Shown here: in pieces, positions 48,428 to 58,189 of the stretch
Numbering within the stretch: the stretch's first letter is position 1
Layout: each line of letters starts with the position of its first letter
DNA from: a bacterium
Lineage (GTDB): Bacteria > Zhuqueibacterota > Zhuqueibacteria > Residuimicrobiales > Krinioviventaceae
Reading direction: 5' to 3'
Length of the DNA stretch: 64,000 bases
Assembly: GCA_963675755.2 (NCBI GenBank)
Contig: CAXXMD010000002.1
Span: 960,001 to 1,024,000, forward strand
Program-made: the position numbers and the translations under genes
The notes under the pieces: generated by a model
Databases searched by the model: none
Seen by the model: only the letters and a program-made list of their open reading frames with translations
Told to the model about the DNA's origin: nothing

Positions 48428-49324
48428 TTAGGCCAGATAATCCATAAGACTCATTTGCAGGATACTGGAACTGAATTGCAAGTTTGCCTGATAAATCGTG
48501 TTCATTTCTTCATAATTAATTGCTGCTTCTGCAATATCCGCATCTTCAATTGAAGATTTTAAGCTTTGCATTTGTAAATCAAATTCACTCAATGTTTCTT
48601 CTATATTGCTGATATGCTCATATCTTAATCCGGCTACGCTTGAAAAACGGGTAATATCCGTTGTTACATCTTTGATATTCATATAAGCATCTTGAATAGC
48701 ATCGCCATCATTTGCTTCTAATGCGTCTCTTAATGCAATTAAACTTTCAAAAACACCGTCTTCACCCATAAAAACTTCTTCACCCGAAAAATTGATCTGA
48801 ACATCATCTCCTTTTGATATTTCACGAAGGTGAACACCATTTATAGCTGTCTCGTTTGTCATAACAATGGTTCCATCTTCCTGCTTTTCAAATGGAGGTT
48901 GATCAACAGCAGTACCACCATATAAATATTTTGAATCATATTCCCGATTAGCTTCAGCCAATACGCGATCAATAATATAATCTACCTGATCTGCTAATAT
49001 ACTTCGTGCGTCTTCTCCTGTTGAATCTGACGCACCTTTTAATGCAATTGTAACAGCTTCCTGAAGATTTTCATTTACAGCATCTAATGAAGCCTCAGTA
49101 GAAGTTAGAAAACTTTTTGCATCTTCAATGTTTTTTTGATAAATCTCATTCTGTGCTATCAACTGGTTTAATTGAATCACTTTGGCCGTGCCTGCAGGAT
49201 CATCTGATGGTTTTTCAATACGTTTTCCTGTAGACAATTGATTATAGTATTTTTGTCTCTGGGTATTGATTGTATTCAGATGCATCATTACTGAATTGTT
49301 TTTAACATTTTGTGTTATGCGCAT
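48428..49324 (-). CDS. flgL: Hook-associated protein 3 FlgL
   Basis: MRITQ, QLSTGKRIEKPSDDPAG, YLYGG, IEDADIAEA, SLMDYL. Confidence 0.95.
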   Translation of the reverse strand: MRITQNVKNNSVMMHLNTINTQRQKYYNQLSTGKRIEKPSDDPAGTAKVIQLNQLIAQNEIYQKNIEDAKSFLTSTEASLDAVNENLQEAVTIALKGASDSTGEDARSILADQVDYIIDRVLAEANREYDSKYLYGGTAVDQPPFEKQEDGTIVMTNETAINGVHLREISKGDDVQINFSGEEVFMGEDGVFESLIALRDALEANDGDAIQDAYMNIKDVTTDITRFSSVAGLRYEHISNIEETLSEFDLQMQSLKSSIEDADIAEAAINYEEMNTIYQANLQFSSSILQMSLMDYLA

Positions 49325-49336
49325 TATAGCACCTCA

Positions 49337-50707
49337 TTAAACCATATTGATCAGTGTTTCAGATATTTCATCTGCCAGAGTTATCAATTTTGACGCAGCC
49401 TGATAACTACGTTGATATTTTAATAAATCTGTCATTTCTTCATCCAACGAAACACCAGTAATCGATTGTTGATAAGAATATAAATTATCTGTAAAAATTT
49501 CCTGTCCCTCATATAACGTGATGGCTTCTTCTCGTCTGTTACCTTCAGTTGCAACAATTTCAGAATAATAATCAGTAAAAGTTGCTGTATTATCAGCCAA
49601 AACTTTGGAATCCTGAAGTTGAGACATTAACAAAGCATTACCACCACTACCTGCTTCCCCATCACTGGATGTAGCAAGTAATTGATTATTTGTATATAGT
49701 GAAGAATTTAACGCTATTGTATTAGCATCTACACTGTTGACATCAAAAAATACAACACCTGTACTTCCATCATAACCATAACCTGCTTTATGTTGTGTAT
49801 TTATTGTATCAACAATAGCTGATGCCAGATTATCCAGTTTTTCAATATTTTCAGGGATGATATTTTCACGCAGATCAATCAAGGCACCCAATTTACCACC
49901 TTGAGCGGTTGCACTGGTAGTACCATCCGACCAGTTCATTTCTGCCATATCGCCATCAATTTTTGAAGAATCAAGCTGAATGAAATGTGTTTTTTGTAAA
50001 AAGACCTTACCATTAAGTGATAAATTTACTTGTCCATCATCATTTTCTTGAATGGTAATATCAGCAATTTCATTCATTTTTTCTAAAAGAACATCACGGT
50101 TATCCAGCAAACTGGAATAAGAGCCACTGCGTTTATCTACATATAATAATTTCGAGTTAATTTCAGTTATTTGTTGAGCATAATCATTAAATTTTTCAAT
50201 TTCATCACTAATTTCATCAGTGAGTTCATTTTCCATATCTGTCAGGCGCTCATTCAAGCTATTAAATTTCTTAACCAATGCGTCACCCTGGTAGATCACA
50301 TTTTCACGTAAACTTGAATTTTCAGGAGCATTTGCCAACTCACTCCAGGATTCAAAAAAAGAATTCATAATACTTGAAAGCCCGGTTTCTCCAGGTTCTT
50401 CGTATATTTGCTCAATTAACAAATGTTTTGATTCCATGGTAGACCAATAGCTAAGGGTCTGTCTTTGTAAAGACAGCTGACTGTCAATAAATCGGTTTCT
50501 TACCCGAGTTACCTCATTAACCGTAACACCAGAACCAATCTGCAGCCCTCCTCCCAAATAGTTAACTGAAGCTTCAAAATTAGTAACCTTTCGGGAATAA
50601 CCTTCAGTATTAGCATTGGCAATATTCTGGCCTGTTGTATTCAAAGCTGATTGACTTGCAGCCAAAGCACTTTTGCCAATTTCAAATATATTATTCAGAC
50701 CCGCCAC
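49337..50707 (-). CDS. flgK: Hook-associated protein 1 FlgK
   Basis: TGQNIANANTEGYSRK, GSGV, GVSLDEEMTDLLKYQRSYQAASK. Confidence 0.96.
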   Translation of the reverse strand: MAGLNNIFEIGKSALAASQSALNTTGQNIANANTEGYSRKVTNFEASVNYLGGGLQIGSGVTVNEVTRVRNRFIDSQLSLQRQTLSYWSTMESKHLLIEQIYEEPGETGLSSIMNSFFESWSELANAPENSSLRENVIYQGDALVKKFNSLNERLTDMENELTDEISDEIEKFNDYAQQITEINSKLLYVDKRSGSYSSLLDNRDVLLEKMNEIADITIQENDDGQVNLSLNGKVFLQKTHFIQLDSSKIDGDMAEMNWSDGTTSATAQGGKLGALIDLRENIIPENIEKLDNLASAIVDTINTQHKAGYGYDGSTGVVFFDVNSVDANTIALNSSLYTNNQLLATSSDGEAGSGGNALLMSQLQDSKVLADNTATFTDYYSEIVATEGNRREEAITLYEGQEIFTDNLYSYQQSITGVSLDEEMTDLLKYQRSYQAASKLITLADEISETLINMV

Positions 50708-50721
50708 TCATAAACCTCAAA

Positions 50722-51255
50722 TTAAATGGTTTTTGTCAAGGTTGGTAATTTCACTTGTTTACCAAACTTGTTACTGTTACCATGATAATCGTACTGACCA
50801 AATTCACTGTATATCAATTCCAGATTTTTATTTACAAAATCCAATGATTTGTTCAATAGATAATGATTCAGTTGATTCGTACTTTTTATTTTTTGTAAAG
50901 TATCAAGGAGGCTTTGTCTCAATTCCTGCAAACGATTTACATACTGTCTTTTGCAGATTGGAATAACCTGTTCTATTGATTGCAATTCTTTACTTGGTCT
51001 AATATGTTTCGAAAGTTCTGTCAACTTTTCAATCCGTTTTAAAGACGCAGTTTGTGCTTCTGCCATATACTGTTCAGCATCATCAGTTAATTCAGTCATT
51101 TGCAAAACATCTCGGTCAATTATAGCAAACTTTTGAACTTCAAGTTTATTTAATAAACTTTTATAAGCACGGACTTCAACTTGAATTAAGGCAATAAACT
51201 CCTCAACCCAGGAATCTTGCAAATCATTATAAATATTTTCTACTACTGTTCCCAT
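50722..51255 (-). CDS. flgN: FlgN export chaperone
   Basis: Helical, NQLNHYLLNKSLDFV motif, position directly before flgK. Confidence 0.8.
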   Translation of the reverse strand: MGTVVENIYNDLQDSWVEEFIALIQVEVRAYKSLLNKLEVQKFAIIDRDVLQMTELTDDAEQYMAEAQTASLKRIEKLTELSKHIRPSKELQSIEQVIPICKRQYVNRLQELRQSLLDTLQKIKSTNQLNHYLLNKSLDFVNKNLELIYSEFGQYDYHGNSNKFGKQVKLPTLTKTI

Positions 51256-51269
51256 TTTTCTATTCCTGG

Positions 51270-52082
51270 TTAAACATCACCAAGCCGCTTATTAAATGTA
51301 TCGGCATAATTTTGTACTTTTTTAATATAATTTTGTGTTTCTTTGAACGGAGGAACCCCACCGTAGCGTTTTACGTTACCTGGGCCCGCATTATAAGCTG
51401 CTAATGCCAGATCTACATCTCCGTCAAACCTGTCAAGTTGCTCTTTAAGATATTTAACTCCACCTTCAATGTTCTGATGCGGATCAAAAGAATTTTTCAC
51501 ACCCATTTCATTGGCTGTACCATCCATTAACTGCATTAATCCTTTAGCTCCAACATGAGATTCAGCATTAGGATCGCCTGCAGATTCCTGAGCTATAACG
51601 CCATAAATCAAGTTTTCAGGAACATCATATTTTTGTGATGCTTTTTCGATGGTTGATTTAAATTTACCAATCTTTTCGAACATTGGTAAATTGGATAACT
51701 TTTTATATTCTGAATTAATAATATTCTTTAAAGAAACAGGCTGTTTCAAGGTTAATTCTTTTGAATTTTCATTTTGTCCTAAATCCCTTTGTGCTAATTC
51801 ACGATACAGGATCTCACCTATGCCCATACCTCCCGCACTCGCCATTTCTTTAGACATTTCAGTATCAAACAGATTCTGGTACATATCCGCACCCAGGCCA
51901 TCTCCCATTAATGAAGATTCATCAATAGTTTCACGCATGGATGAAAGCATTTTCTGCAAAAAGATAGATTCAAAATCAGCACAAACTTTACGAAGATGTT
52001 TTAATTTAGCATCCTTTTCATTCGTATTGTTGTTTGATTCTACCGGCGAAAACAAATTATTATTTACGGGTGTAAAACTCAT
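51270..52082 (-). CDS. flgJ: FlgJ rod-binding domain fused to an SLT lytic transglycosylase domain
   Basis: LRKVCADFESIFLQKMLSSMR...GMGIGEILYREL (rod-binding); QESAG, GAKGLMQLM, LALAAYNAGPG, PFKETQNY (SLT). Confidence 0.85.
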   Translation of the reverse strand: MSFTPVNNNLFSPVESNNNTNEKDAKLKHLRKVCADFESIFLQKMLSSMRETIDESSLMGDGLGADMYQNLFDTEMSKEMASAGGMGIGEILYRELAQRDLGQNENSKELTLKQPVSLKNIINSEYKKLSNLPMFEKIGKFKSTIEKASQKYDVPENLIYGVIAQESAGDPNAESHVGAKGLMQLMDGTANEMGVKNSFDPHQNIEGGVKYLKEQLDRFDGDVDLALAAYNAGPGNVKRYGGVPPFKETQNYIKKVQNYADTFNKRLGDV

Positions 52083-52092
52083 AGTATTATCT

Positions 52093-53202
52093 TTACATAA
52101 TTACCAATTCTGCCTGCAATGCTCCGGCTCCTTTCAGAGCCTGAAAAATTGCAATAATATCTCTTGGGGTTACCTGTAAATTATTAAGCATTGCTGCCAG
52201 ATCATTTACATTTGCCATATTATCTAAAACTGCTACGGTACCTGCCCCCTCTTCTATCACCTGAGTTTGAGTTTGTGGAACAACTACAGTATTTCCACCG
52301 GAAAATGGTGATGGTTGAGAAATAATAGGGTTCGATGAAATTCGAATAGTCAAATTACCATGAGCAACAGCTACAGGTGATAACCTTACATTACTACCAA
52401 CAACTACTGTGCCGGTTCTTTCATTTATCACAACTTTGGCCATTTGATCTGCTTCAATATCCAGTCCTTCTATTCTCGCAATTGTTGCAACCGTTTGAGC
52501 GGGATCTTGCATACGCAATTCTACCCGACCAGGATCTTTGGCAGCAGCTTGTTGAGAGCCCAATTCACTGTTAATAGCCTCAGCAATGCGCGTTGCGGAT
52601 GTAAAATCCGGTTCGCGAAGCAAAAGTTCAAGCACAGGTACTTGAGAGAAATCAAAACTAACTTCACGGGCAATCATTGCTCCATTAGGTACACGTCCAA
52701 CCAATGCAAAATTTTTACGATACTTTTCACCACTGGGTGTTTCAATATTAAATCCACCAATACTCAAAGGTCCCTGAGCATTTGCATAAACCTGCTTATC
52801 TGGTCCCATTAATGGGGTGGGTAGCAAAGTACCCCCTTCAAGGCTTGAAGCATCTCCAATAGAAGAAACCAAAACATCTACCTTACTGCCATGTTGTGCA
52901 AAAGGTGAAACTTTGGCTGTAACCATAACAGAAGCAACATTACGCAAGTTCAAGTTTTTATCTGGCAGATTCATTCCAAATTTATTCATCATATTTTTGA
53001 CTGCCTGAATTGTCATTTCAGAACGTCGGGAGTCTCCACTTCCATCGAGACCAACAACCAGACTATAACCGATCAATTGTTGATCCTGTAATCCCTTAAT
53101 ATCTACCATATCTTTAATGCGTGCAGCAAATAAAAATGAGGGTAATAATAAAAGTATGGCAATATAAATTAAATATGATTCAAGACTTTTTTTCAAGATC
53201 AT
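52093..53202 (-). CDS. flgI: Flagellar P-ring protein FlgI
   Basis: ARIKD, GYSLVVGLDGSGD, SSIGDASSLEGGTLL, VINERTGTVV, AGALQAEL. Confidence 0.97.
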   Translation of the reverse strand: MILKKSLESYLIYIAILLLLPSFLFAARIKDMVDIKGLQDQQLIGYSLVVGLDGSGDSRRSEMTIQAVKNMMNKFGMNLPDKNLNLRNVASVMVTAKVSPFAQHGSKVDVLVSSIGDASSLEGGTLLPTPLMGPDKQVYANAQGPLSIGGFNIETPSGEKYRKNFALVGRVPNGAMIAREVSFDFSQVPVLELLLREPDFTSATRIAEAINSELGSQQAAAKDPGRVELRMQDPAQTVATIARIEGLDIEADQMAKVVINERTGTVVVGSNVRLSPVAVAHGNLTIRISSNPIISQPSPFSGGNTVVVPQTQTQVIEEGAGTVAVLDNMANVNDLAAMLNNLQVTPRDIIAIFQALKGAGALQAELVIM

Positions 53203-53215
53203 AATAAACTCCAGA

Positions 53216-53800
53216 TTAAAATAACCAACCTAAAAACCGACCAAAAAATCCGGGTTTTTGACCGCTATCAACCATGCCTTTTCCCTGATACGAAATTTTG
53301 GCATCTCCAATATTTACAGATAAAATCGTATTATCACTGTTTATATCCTGGGGACGTATAATACCTGAAATGGTAATTCTTTCTTTCTCACCATTTACAA
53401 TAACTTCACGTTCACCCTTGATTATAAAATTGCCATTGCCGGTAACATCTGTAATTGAAGCCGTAATATTACCGGTTAAACTTCCTTTTCGCGAAGTTTC
53501 AGCATCATTATCATAATTATTTTTCGTTTGACCATTCAACCCGAACAACGGCATATAAGTAGATGAACCGGTTCCACCGGTCATTGTTACCCCTTTGTTG
53601 TTTGTTCTTTTATTAGAACTGTTGGCTTCACTTTTGGCGCTTGACTGTTCAATGATTAAAACAGTTATAATGTCTCCAACTTTGTATGCCTTGTGATCAG
53701 TAAATAAGGATTGAGCCGAATAGCTATTTTGTGCCCAAACTGTATTGCTGAACAGCATCAACACGGCAAATAAAACGAATATTACTTTTAAAGACTTCAT
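53216..53800 (-). CDS. flgH: Flagellar L-ring protein FlgH
   Basis: LFTDHKAYKVGDIITV, GNFIIKGER, SGIIRPQDI, IGDAKISY. Confidence 0.94.
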   Translation of the reverse strand: MKSLKVIFVLFAVLMLFSNTVWAQNSYSAQSLFTDHKAYKVGDIITVLIIEQSSAKSEANSSNKRTNNKGVTMTGGTGSSTYMPLFGLNGQTKNNYDNDAETSRKGSLTGNITASITDVTGNGNFIIKGEREVIVNGEKERITISGIIRPQDINSDNTILSVNIGDAKISYQGKGMVDSGQKPGFFGRFLGWLF

Positions 53801-53803
53801 GGC

Positions 53804-54532
53804 TTATCTCTTGTTTGTTTTAAATATAACTATTGACGCATTCTGTATTTCTGCATAATAATACTTGTTACTCATTGCATCTCTAACTTTGATTACATCT
53901 CCGGGCGCGCCTTTACCCTGGCAGATTACAGGTATTGACAAAGAAATATTTTTGTTTACAACATTCATATTTACCTGGTCACCACGTTTTATGACCGGTA
54001 CGGTTTCAATCATAGATTCTGTAAGAACTCGGCCTTGTGGGATATATCTTTTGGTTCTTTGTCCCACTGCTTTATTTAATGAAACAGGTGAATCATTTCC
54101 TCTCCAGGTCACCTCTACAAATTGAACAGCAAGATCAGCTTCACTTATAATATGATGTCGATCAACAGCATTTTTCAAAACCGGTACATTGGTAAATCTG
54201 GAAATATCTGCAACCACTTGAAATGATTCATTATTATTTTTGTCACTATAAGAAAACGTAAATACTGTTTTACCGGTAATTAACCCCTGTTTCCTACAGG
54301 ATATTGTTACCGGAGCCTGGATTATGTTATCATGAGATGCTGAATTAAAATTCACTTTAATTTTATTATCTGATTTTGAAATATTTCTATCAGATAAAAA
54401 TGTGTAAATATTATTTTCAATCCATGTAATTGTTTTTGTATCCGGTTTTGCGTGTACAATTGCAGAAAACACCAATATCAAAAACAGATATTTTATAAAC
54501 AGTTTAATTTTTGTCGGTATCATATTAATCAT
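53804..54532 (-). CDS. flgA: P-ring assembly chaperone FlgA
   Basis: SAF-like VGQRTKRYIPQGRVL, VIKRGDQV, GAPGDVIKVR; between flgG and flgH. Confidence 0.85.
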   Translation of the reverse strand: MINMIPTKIKLFIKYLFLILVFSAIVHAKPDTKTITWIENNIYTFLSDRNISKSDNKIKVNFNSASHDNIIQAPVTISCRKQGLITGKTVFTFSYSDKNNNESFQVVADISRFTNVPVLKNAVDRHHIISEADLAVQFVEVTWRGNDSPVSLNKAVGQRTKRYIPQGRVLTESMIETVPVIKRGDQVNMNVVNKNISLSIPVICQGKGAPGDVIKVRDAMSNKYYYAEIQNASIVIFKTNKR

Positions 54533-54538
54533 TATAAA

Positions 54539-55327
54539 TCAAGATTTTAAATTGTTCACCAGTGCCATCATATCATCACTGGTTTGAATTGCCTTGGAAT
54601 TTAATTCATACGCGCGTTGCGCAACAATCATATTTACCATTTCTTCAACAACTTCAACATTAGAACTTTCGATATAGCCTTGATTCAGACCACCAAAACC
54701 ATCCAATTCGGGTACACCAATTATAGGTTCACCGGATGCACCAGTTGGCATTAACAGGTTTCTTCCAATATTTTTAAGTCCTGCGGGATTGATAAATCTT
54801 GCAAGCTCTAATTGCCCAATCTCTTGTGATTGAGTGGAATTTGAAAGTTCAACAGATACAATACCATCTCGGCTAATACTGATGCTTTGTGTATCAGTTG
54901 GAATTGTAATGTTGGGCTCAAGATAATATCCATCAGAGTTTACAAGCTGTCCATCACTCGATATTTTCAACGTTCCATCGCGAGAATAACCAATGGTTCC
55001 ATCGGTCATTCTGAATTGAAAAAAACCATCGCCTTCAATTGCAATATCCAGCGAATTTCCTGTCTGGGTAACATCTCCCTGTGTAAACAGTTTGGCTGTT
55101 GAAACAGGTTTCGTTCCACAACCAACCTGTAACTCTGTAGGATTTTGAATACCTTCACCAGTAAAGGAACCAGCAGGACGAATCGTCTGGTACAAAAGAT
55201 CCTGAAATTCAACCTTACTCTTTTTAAAACCAGTAGTATTCACGTTAGCCAGGTTATTGGCAATTGTATCAATATATAACTGCTGAGCATGCATTCCCGA
55301 TGCTGCAGTTCTTAGTGCTTTATCCAT
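54539..55327 (-). CDS. flgG: Distal rod protein FlgG
   Basis: ANNLANVNTTGFKK, FQDLLYQ, DIAIEGDGFF, SNVEVVEEMVNMIVAQRAYELNSK. Confidence 0.97.
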   Translation of the reverse strand: MDKALRTAASGMHAQQLYIDTIANNLANVNTTGFKKSKVEFQDLLYQTIRPAGSFTGEGIQNPTELQVGCGTKPVSTAKLFTQGDVTQTGNSLDIAIEGDGFFQFRMTDGTIGYSRDGTLKISSDGQLVNSDGYYLEPNITIPTDTQSISISRDGIVSVELSNSTQSQEIGQLELARFINPAGLKNIGRNLLMPTGASGEPIIGVPELDGFGGLNQGYIESSNVEVVEEMVNMIVAQRAYELNSKAIQTSDDMMALVNNLKS

Positions 55328-55347
55328 AAATTAACTCCAAATCAAAA

Positions 55348-56052
55348 TTATACCCTGCCAACATCATTAACTGCTTTATCAAGAGAATCATCTTGTGTAG
55401 TTAATGCACGTTGATTGGCTTCAAAATGACGATATACCTCAATCATATTAACCATTTCTTCCAGGGTATTTACATTTGAACTTTCGACAAAACCTGCTTT
55501 AACCTTGACATCCTCATTGGTAGGGCGCACAAAAGCATCTTCAGAAGCTTTAAAATATCCTTCTCCCACTCTTTTCAGCATATTGGGGTCATCAACTTGA
55601 ACTATAGAAAGATAATCTACAATGCTATCTTGAACCATAATTGCACCATCTTCTTGAATAGTAAAATCTTCATCAAGCAAAATGGGCCCGCCTTCACCCA
55701 TAACCAGATCTCCTGATGCAGTTGCAAGGTAACCATCATCAGTTAAAGTAAAATTACCCTGTCTGGTAAAGTAGGTTTCTGCTCCGCTTTGAACAGTAAA
55801 AAAGCCATTTCCTACCAGGGCCATAGACAAGGGATTTCCGGTTTCGCGTAATTCTCCCTGAGTAAAATCAACCTGATCAAGCGGAGTTGCTTCTTGTGCA
55901 GGAAAACGACTGGCCTGCTCAAGCGTTTGACTGAAAACAACGCTTCTCTTAAAACCTACACTATTAGCGTTAGCAAGATTGTTTGCAATAACATCAAGCG
56001 ATCTTGCATTTGTTTCCAACCCATTGTGGGAGTATATCATACTTTTTAACAA
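55348..56052 (-). CDS. flgF: Proximal rod protein FlgF
   Basis: ANNLANANSVGFK, TGNPL, FTRQGNF, ESSNVN..EEMVNMI; precedes flgG. Confidence 0.9.
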   Translation of the reverse strand: MLKSMIYSHNGLETNARSLDVIANNLANANSVGFKRSVVFSQTLEQASRFPAQEATPLDQVDFTQGELRETGNPLSMALVGNGFFTVQSGAETYFTRQGNFTLTDDGYLATASGDLVMGEGGPILLDEDFTIQEDGAIMVQDSIVDYLSIVQVDDPNMLKRVGEGYFKASEDAFVRPTNEDVKVKAGFVESSNVNTLEEMVNMIEVYRHFEANQRALTTQDDSLDKAVNDVGRV

Positions 56053-56076
56053 AACACTCTCTCCTTTACTGTCGGA

Positions 56077-56451
56077 TTAAAAAATTGCTTTTCCGGCAAT
56101 TGCGTTTCTTACTACTCGAATCAGATCACGTGTATCATAGGGCATGGGAAAATAAGAGTCGTAACCTGCACTTTTACATTCTTCAGAACTATATACAGTT
56201 TCAAATGAGGTCATGGCAATTACACGAGTTTTGGGATTGTGATCTTTAATAACATGGCAAACTTTTTCACTATCAATATTATTATCTTGAACGTCTAAAA
56301 AGACAGCATAATAATTATTTTTCTGTCCCAACTCTACAGCACTCTCTGTTGTAAAGGCAGTATCAACTAAATACCCTTCATCACGAAAAGTTAATTGTAA
56401 AATTCTGCATTTATCCCTGTCTGGAATTACAACAAGAATATTTTCTGCCAT
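56077..56451 (-). CDS. Atypical single-domain receiver (CheY-like) protein
   Basis: Receiver fold (ILVV, VFLD, IAMTS, AGYDSY) lacking the acidic pair and the conserved Lys; ATG 56451 has a GAGGA RBS. Confidence 0.75.
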   Translation of the reverse strand: MAENILVVIPDRDKCRILQLTFRDEGYLVDTAFTTESAVELGQKNNYYAVFLDVQDNNIDSEKVCHVIKDHNPKTRVIAMTSFETVYSSEECKSAGYDSYFPMPYDTRDLIRVVRNAIAGKAIF

Positions 56452-56502
56452 TTGAGTTGTCCTCACATTTCATCATTATAAAAAATAACTAAATGAGTCA
56501 AA

Positions 56503-56517
56503 TCAAATAGCATGCCA
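56503..56517 (-). promoter_or_regulatory. Possible sigma54 promoter
   Basis: TGGCATG-N4-TTGA versus TGGCACG-N4-TTGC; -12 C is missing. Confidence 0.4.
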
Positions 56518-56649
56518 CTCGCCTAATTATTTTGCTCATAAAAAACAAATACTTAGGCGAGCCAAAAATGTTTTATTTTGGATATAAATTTAATAGAGGG
56601 AAATATTTACCGGTTTTGGGTTCAAACTTACCTTTAGCCCAAATAATAT

Positions 56650-56676
56650 ATATCGGCAAAAATTTTAAAAACTTAA
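56650..56676 (-). promoter_or_regulatory. Sigma28-type promoter upstream of the receiver-flgF operon
   Basis: TTAAGTTT-N11-GCCGATAT overlapping the cheB stop codon. Confidence 0.65.
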
Positions 56677-57725
56677 ATATCTTTTTGCAAATGTTCAATT
56701 AAAGCTGATGCACATTGATCCAAAGGTACAATTTTGTCTACAGCACCCATTTTTATGGCTTCTTTTGGCATTCCAAATACAACACAGCTTTTTTCATCCT
56801 GAGCAAAGGTATAAGCACCATTATCATGCATTGCCTGTAGACCTTTAGCTCCATCTGCTCCCATTCCGGTTAGTATCATACCCAAAGCATTAGAACCGGC
56901 ATTACGGGCTACAGAATGAAATAGAACATCTACACTGGGGCGTTGATGATGTACGGGGGGACCATCTTTTAAAGAAACATAATATTTAGCACCACTTCTT
57001 TGTAACAGCATATGACTATTACCCGGAGCAACCAATACCATTCCGGGAACAACATAATCATTATCCCTGGCTTCACGGACTTCGAGTTCACAAATACTAT
57101 TTAATCTGGCAGCAAAAGATGCTGTAAAAACTTCGGGCATATGTTGTACAATTACAATACCCGGCATTACAGATGGTAAATTTTGCAATACAACTTCAAC
57201 AGCTTTTGTTCCGCCAGTTGATGCACCAATAGCAATTACTTTGTGGGTAGTTTTAAGTTCAAATGATTTGGATTTTGATACCGCAATGGCTGCAGTTGGT
57301 GCAGCAGCTGTTTTGCTTTTTGGTATGGAAACCTTTGTATTTGCTGCGGCGGCAGTTCTTACTGCACGTACCATTCTATTAATATCAGGCGTTGAAAAGC
57401 CTGATCCTGGTTTACTGACAACATCAATTGCACCAAGCTCAAGTGCACGAAGAGCAGTCTCACTGTTTTCTGGTGTTAATGAACTAACAATAACAACAGG
57501 CATGGGATAATGTTTCATCAGTTTTTCCAGAAAAGACAAGCCATCCATTCGTGGCATTTCTATATCCAGGGTTAAAACATCAGGTTGCAATTTAACAATT
57601 TTCTCCCGTGCCATATATGGATCTGTTGCAGAGCCTACAACTTCAAAATCATCAATTTTATTTAATTCCTCAGATAATATTTTTCGAACCAGTGCTGAAT
57701 CATCTACAACAAGTATTTTTATCAC
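56673..57725 (-). CDS. cheB: Chemotaxis methylesterase CheB (REC + esterase)
   Basis: LDIEMPRMDG, GASTGG, VQHMP, RPSVDVLF, LTGMGADGA. Confidence 0.97.
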   Translation of the reverse strand: MIKILVVDDSALVRKILSEELNKIDDFEVVGSATDPYMAREKIVKLQPDVLTLDIEMPRMDGLSFLEKLMKHYPMPVVIVSSLTPENSETALRALELGAIDVVSKPGSGFSTPDINRMVRAVRTAAAANTKVSIPKSKTAAAPTAAIAVSKSKSFELKTTHKVIAIGASTGGTKAVEVVLQNLPSVMPGIVIVQHMPEVFTASFAARLNSICELEVREARDNDYVVPGMVLVAPGNSHMLLQRSGAKYYVSLKDGPPVHHQRPSVDVLFHSVARNAGSNALGMILTGMGADGAKGLQAMHDNGAYTFAQDEKSCVVFGMPKEAIKMGAVDKIVPLDQCASALIEHLQKDI

Positions 57726-57739
57726 TGCAATACCTCAAG

Positions 57740-58189
57740 TTAAATACTATTTTTATTATAATGCCAAAAAACTTTAACCAGACCTTCGTCAAAAGGTATC
57801 TGGACTTTGACACGTGCATATTCACTACCAGAATAATCACTTATAAAATCTTCTACAATTTCAGGCGCACTAAGACGGTATTGTTTATCCTTACCAGCCA
57901 ATTGCGGTAGTATATTACCACAAATAACATTTGCAACTTCTTTAAGTGCATCCAATTGTTGTTCCATAGGAATATCATCTTCTGCCAGAATATTCTGTGC
58001 CAATACAGGCAAAGCTCTATCTGGTATTTTTATGTAAAAACCACCATCTGTGTAACCAGTAAATCTTACCAGTGTCATTTTTGTGCTAACATCAGAATCT
58101 ACAGGTTCATCCGGAACCGGCATAAAAAAAGCTAATTCTTCAAAAGTTTTAACTGAGAAATCAAATAAAACCTGTTCTAACTTATCCAT
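57740..58189 (-). CDS. cheX: CheX/CheC-family phosphatase
   Basis: DALKEVANVICGN (ExxN motif), LSAPEI. Confidence 0.8.
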   Translation of the reverse strand: MDKLEQVLFDFSVKTFEELAFFMPVPDEPVDSDVSTKMTLVRFTGYTDGGFYIKIPDRALPVLAQNILAEDDIPMEQQLDALKEVANVICGNILPQLAGKDKQYRLSAPEIVEDFISDYSGSEYARVKVQIPFDEGLVKVFWHYNKNSI

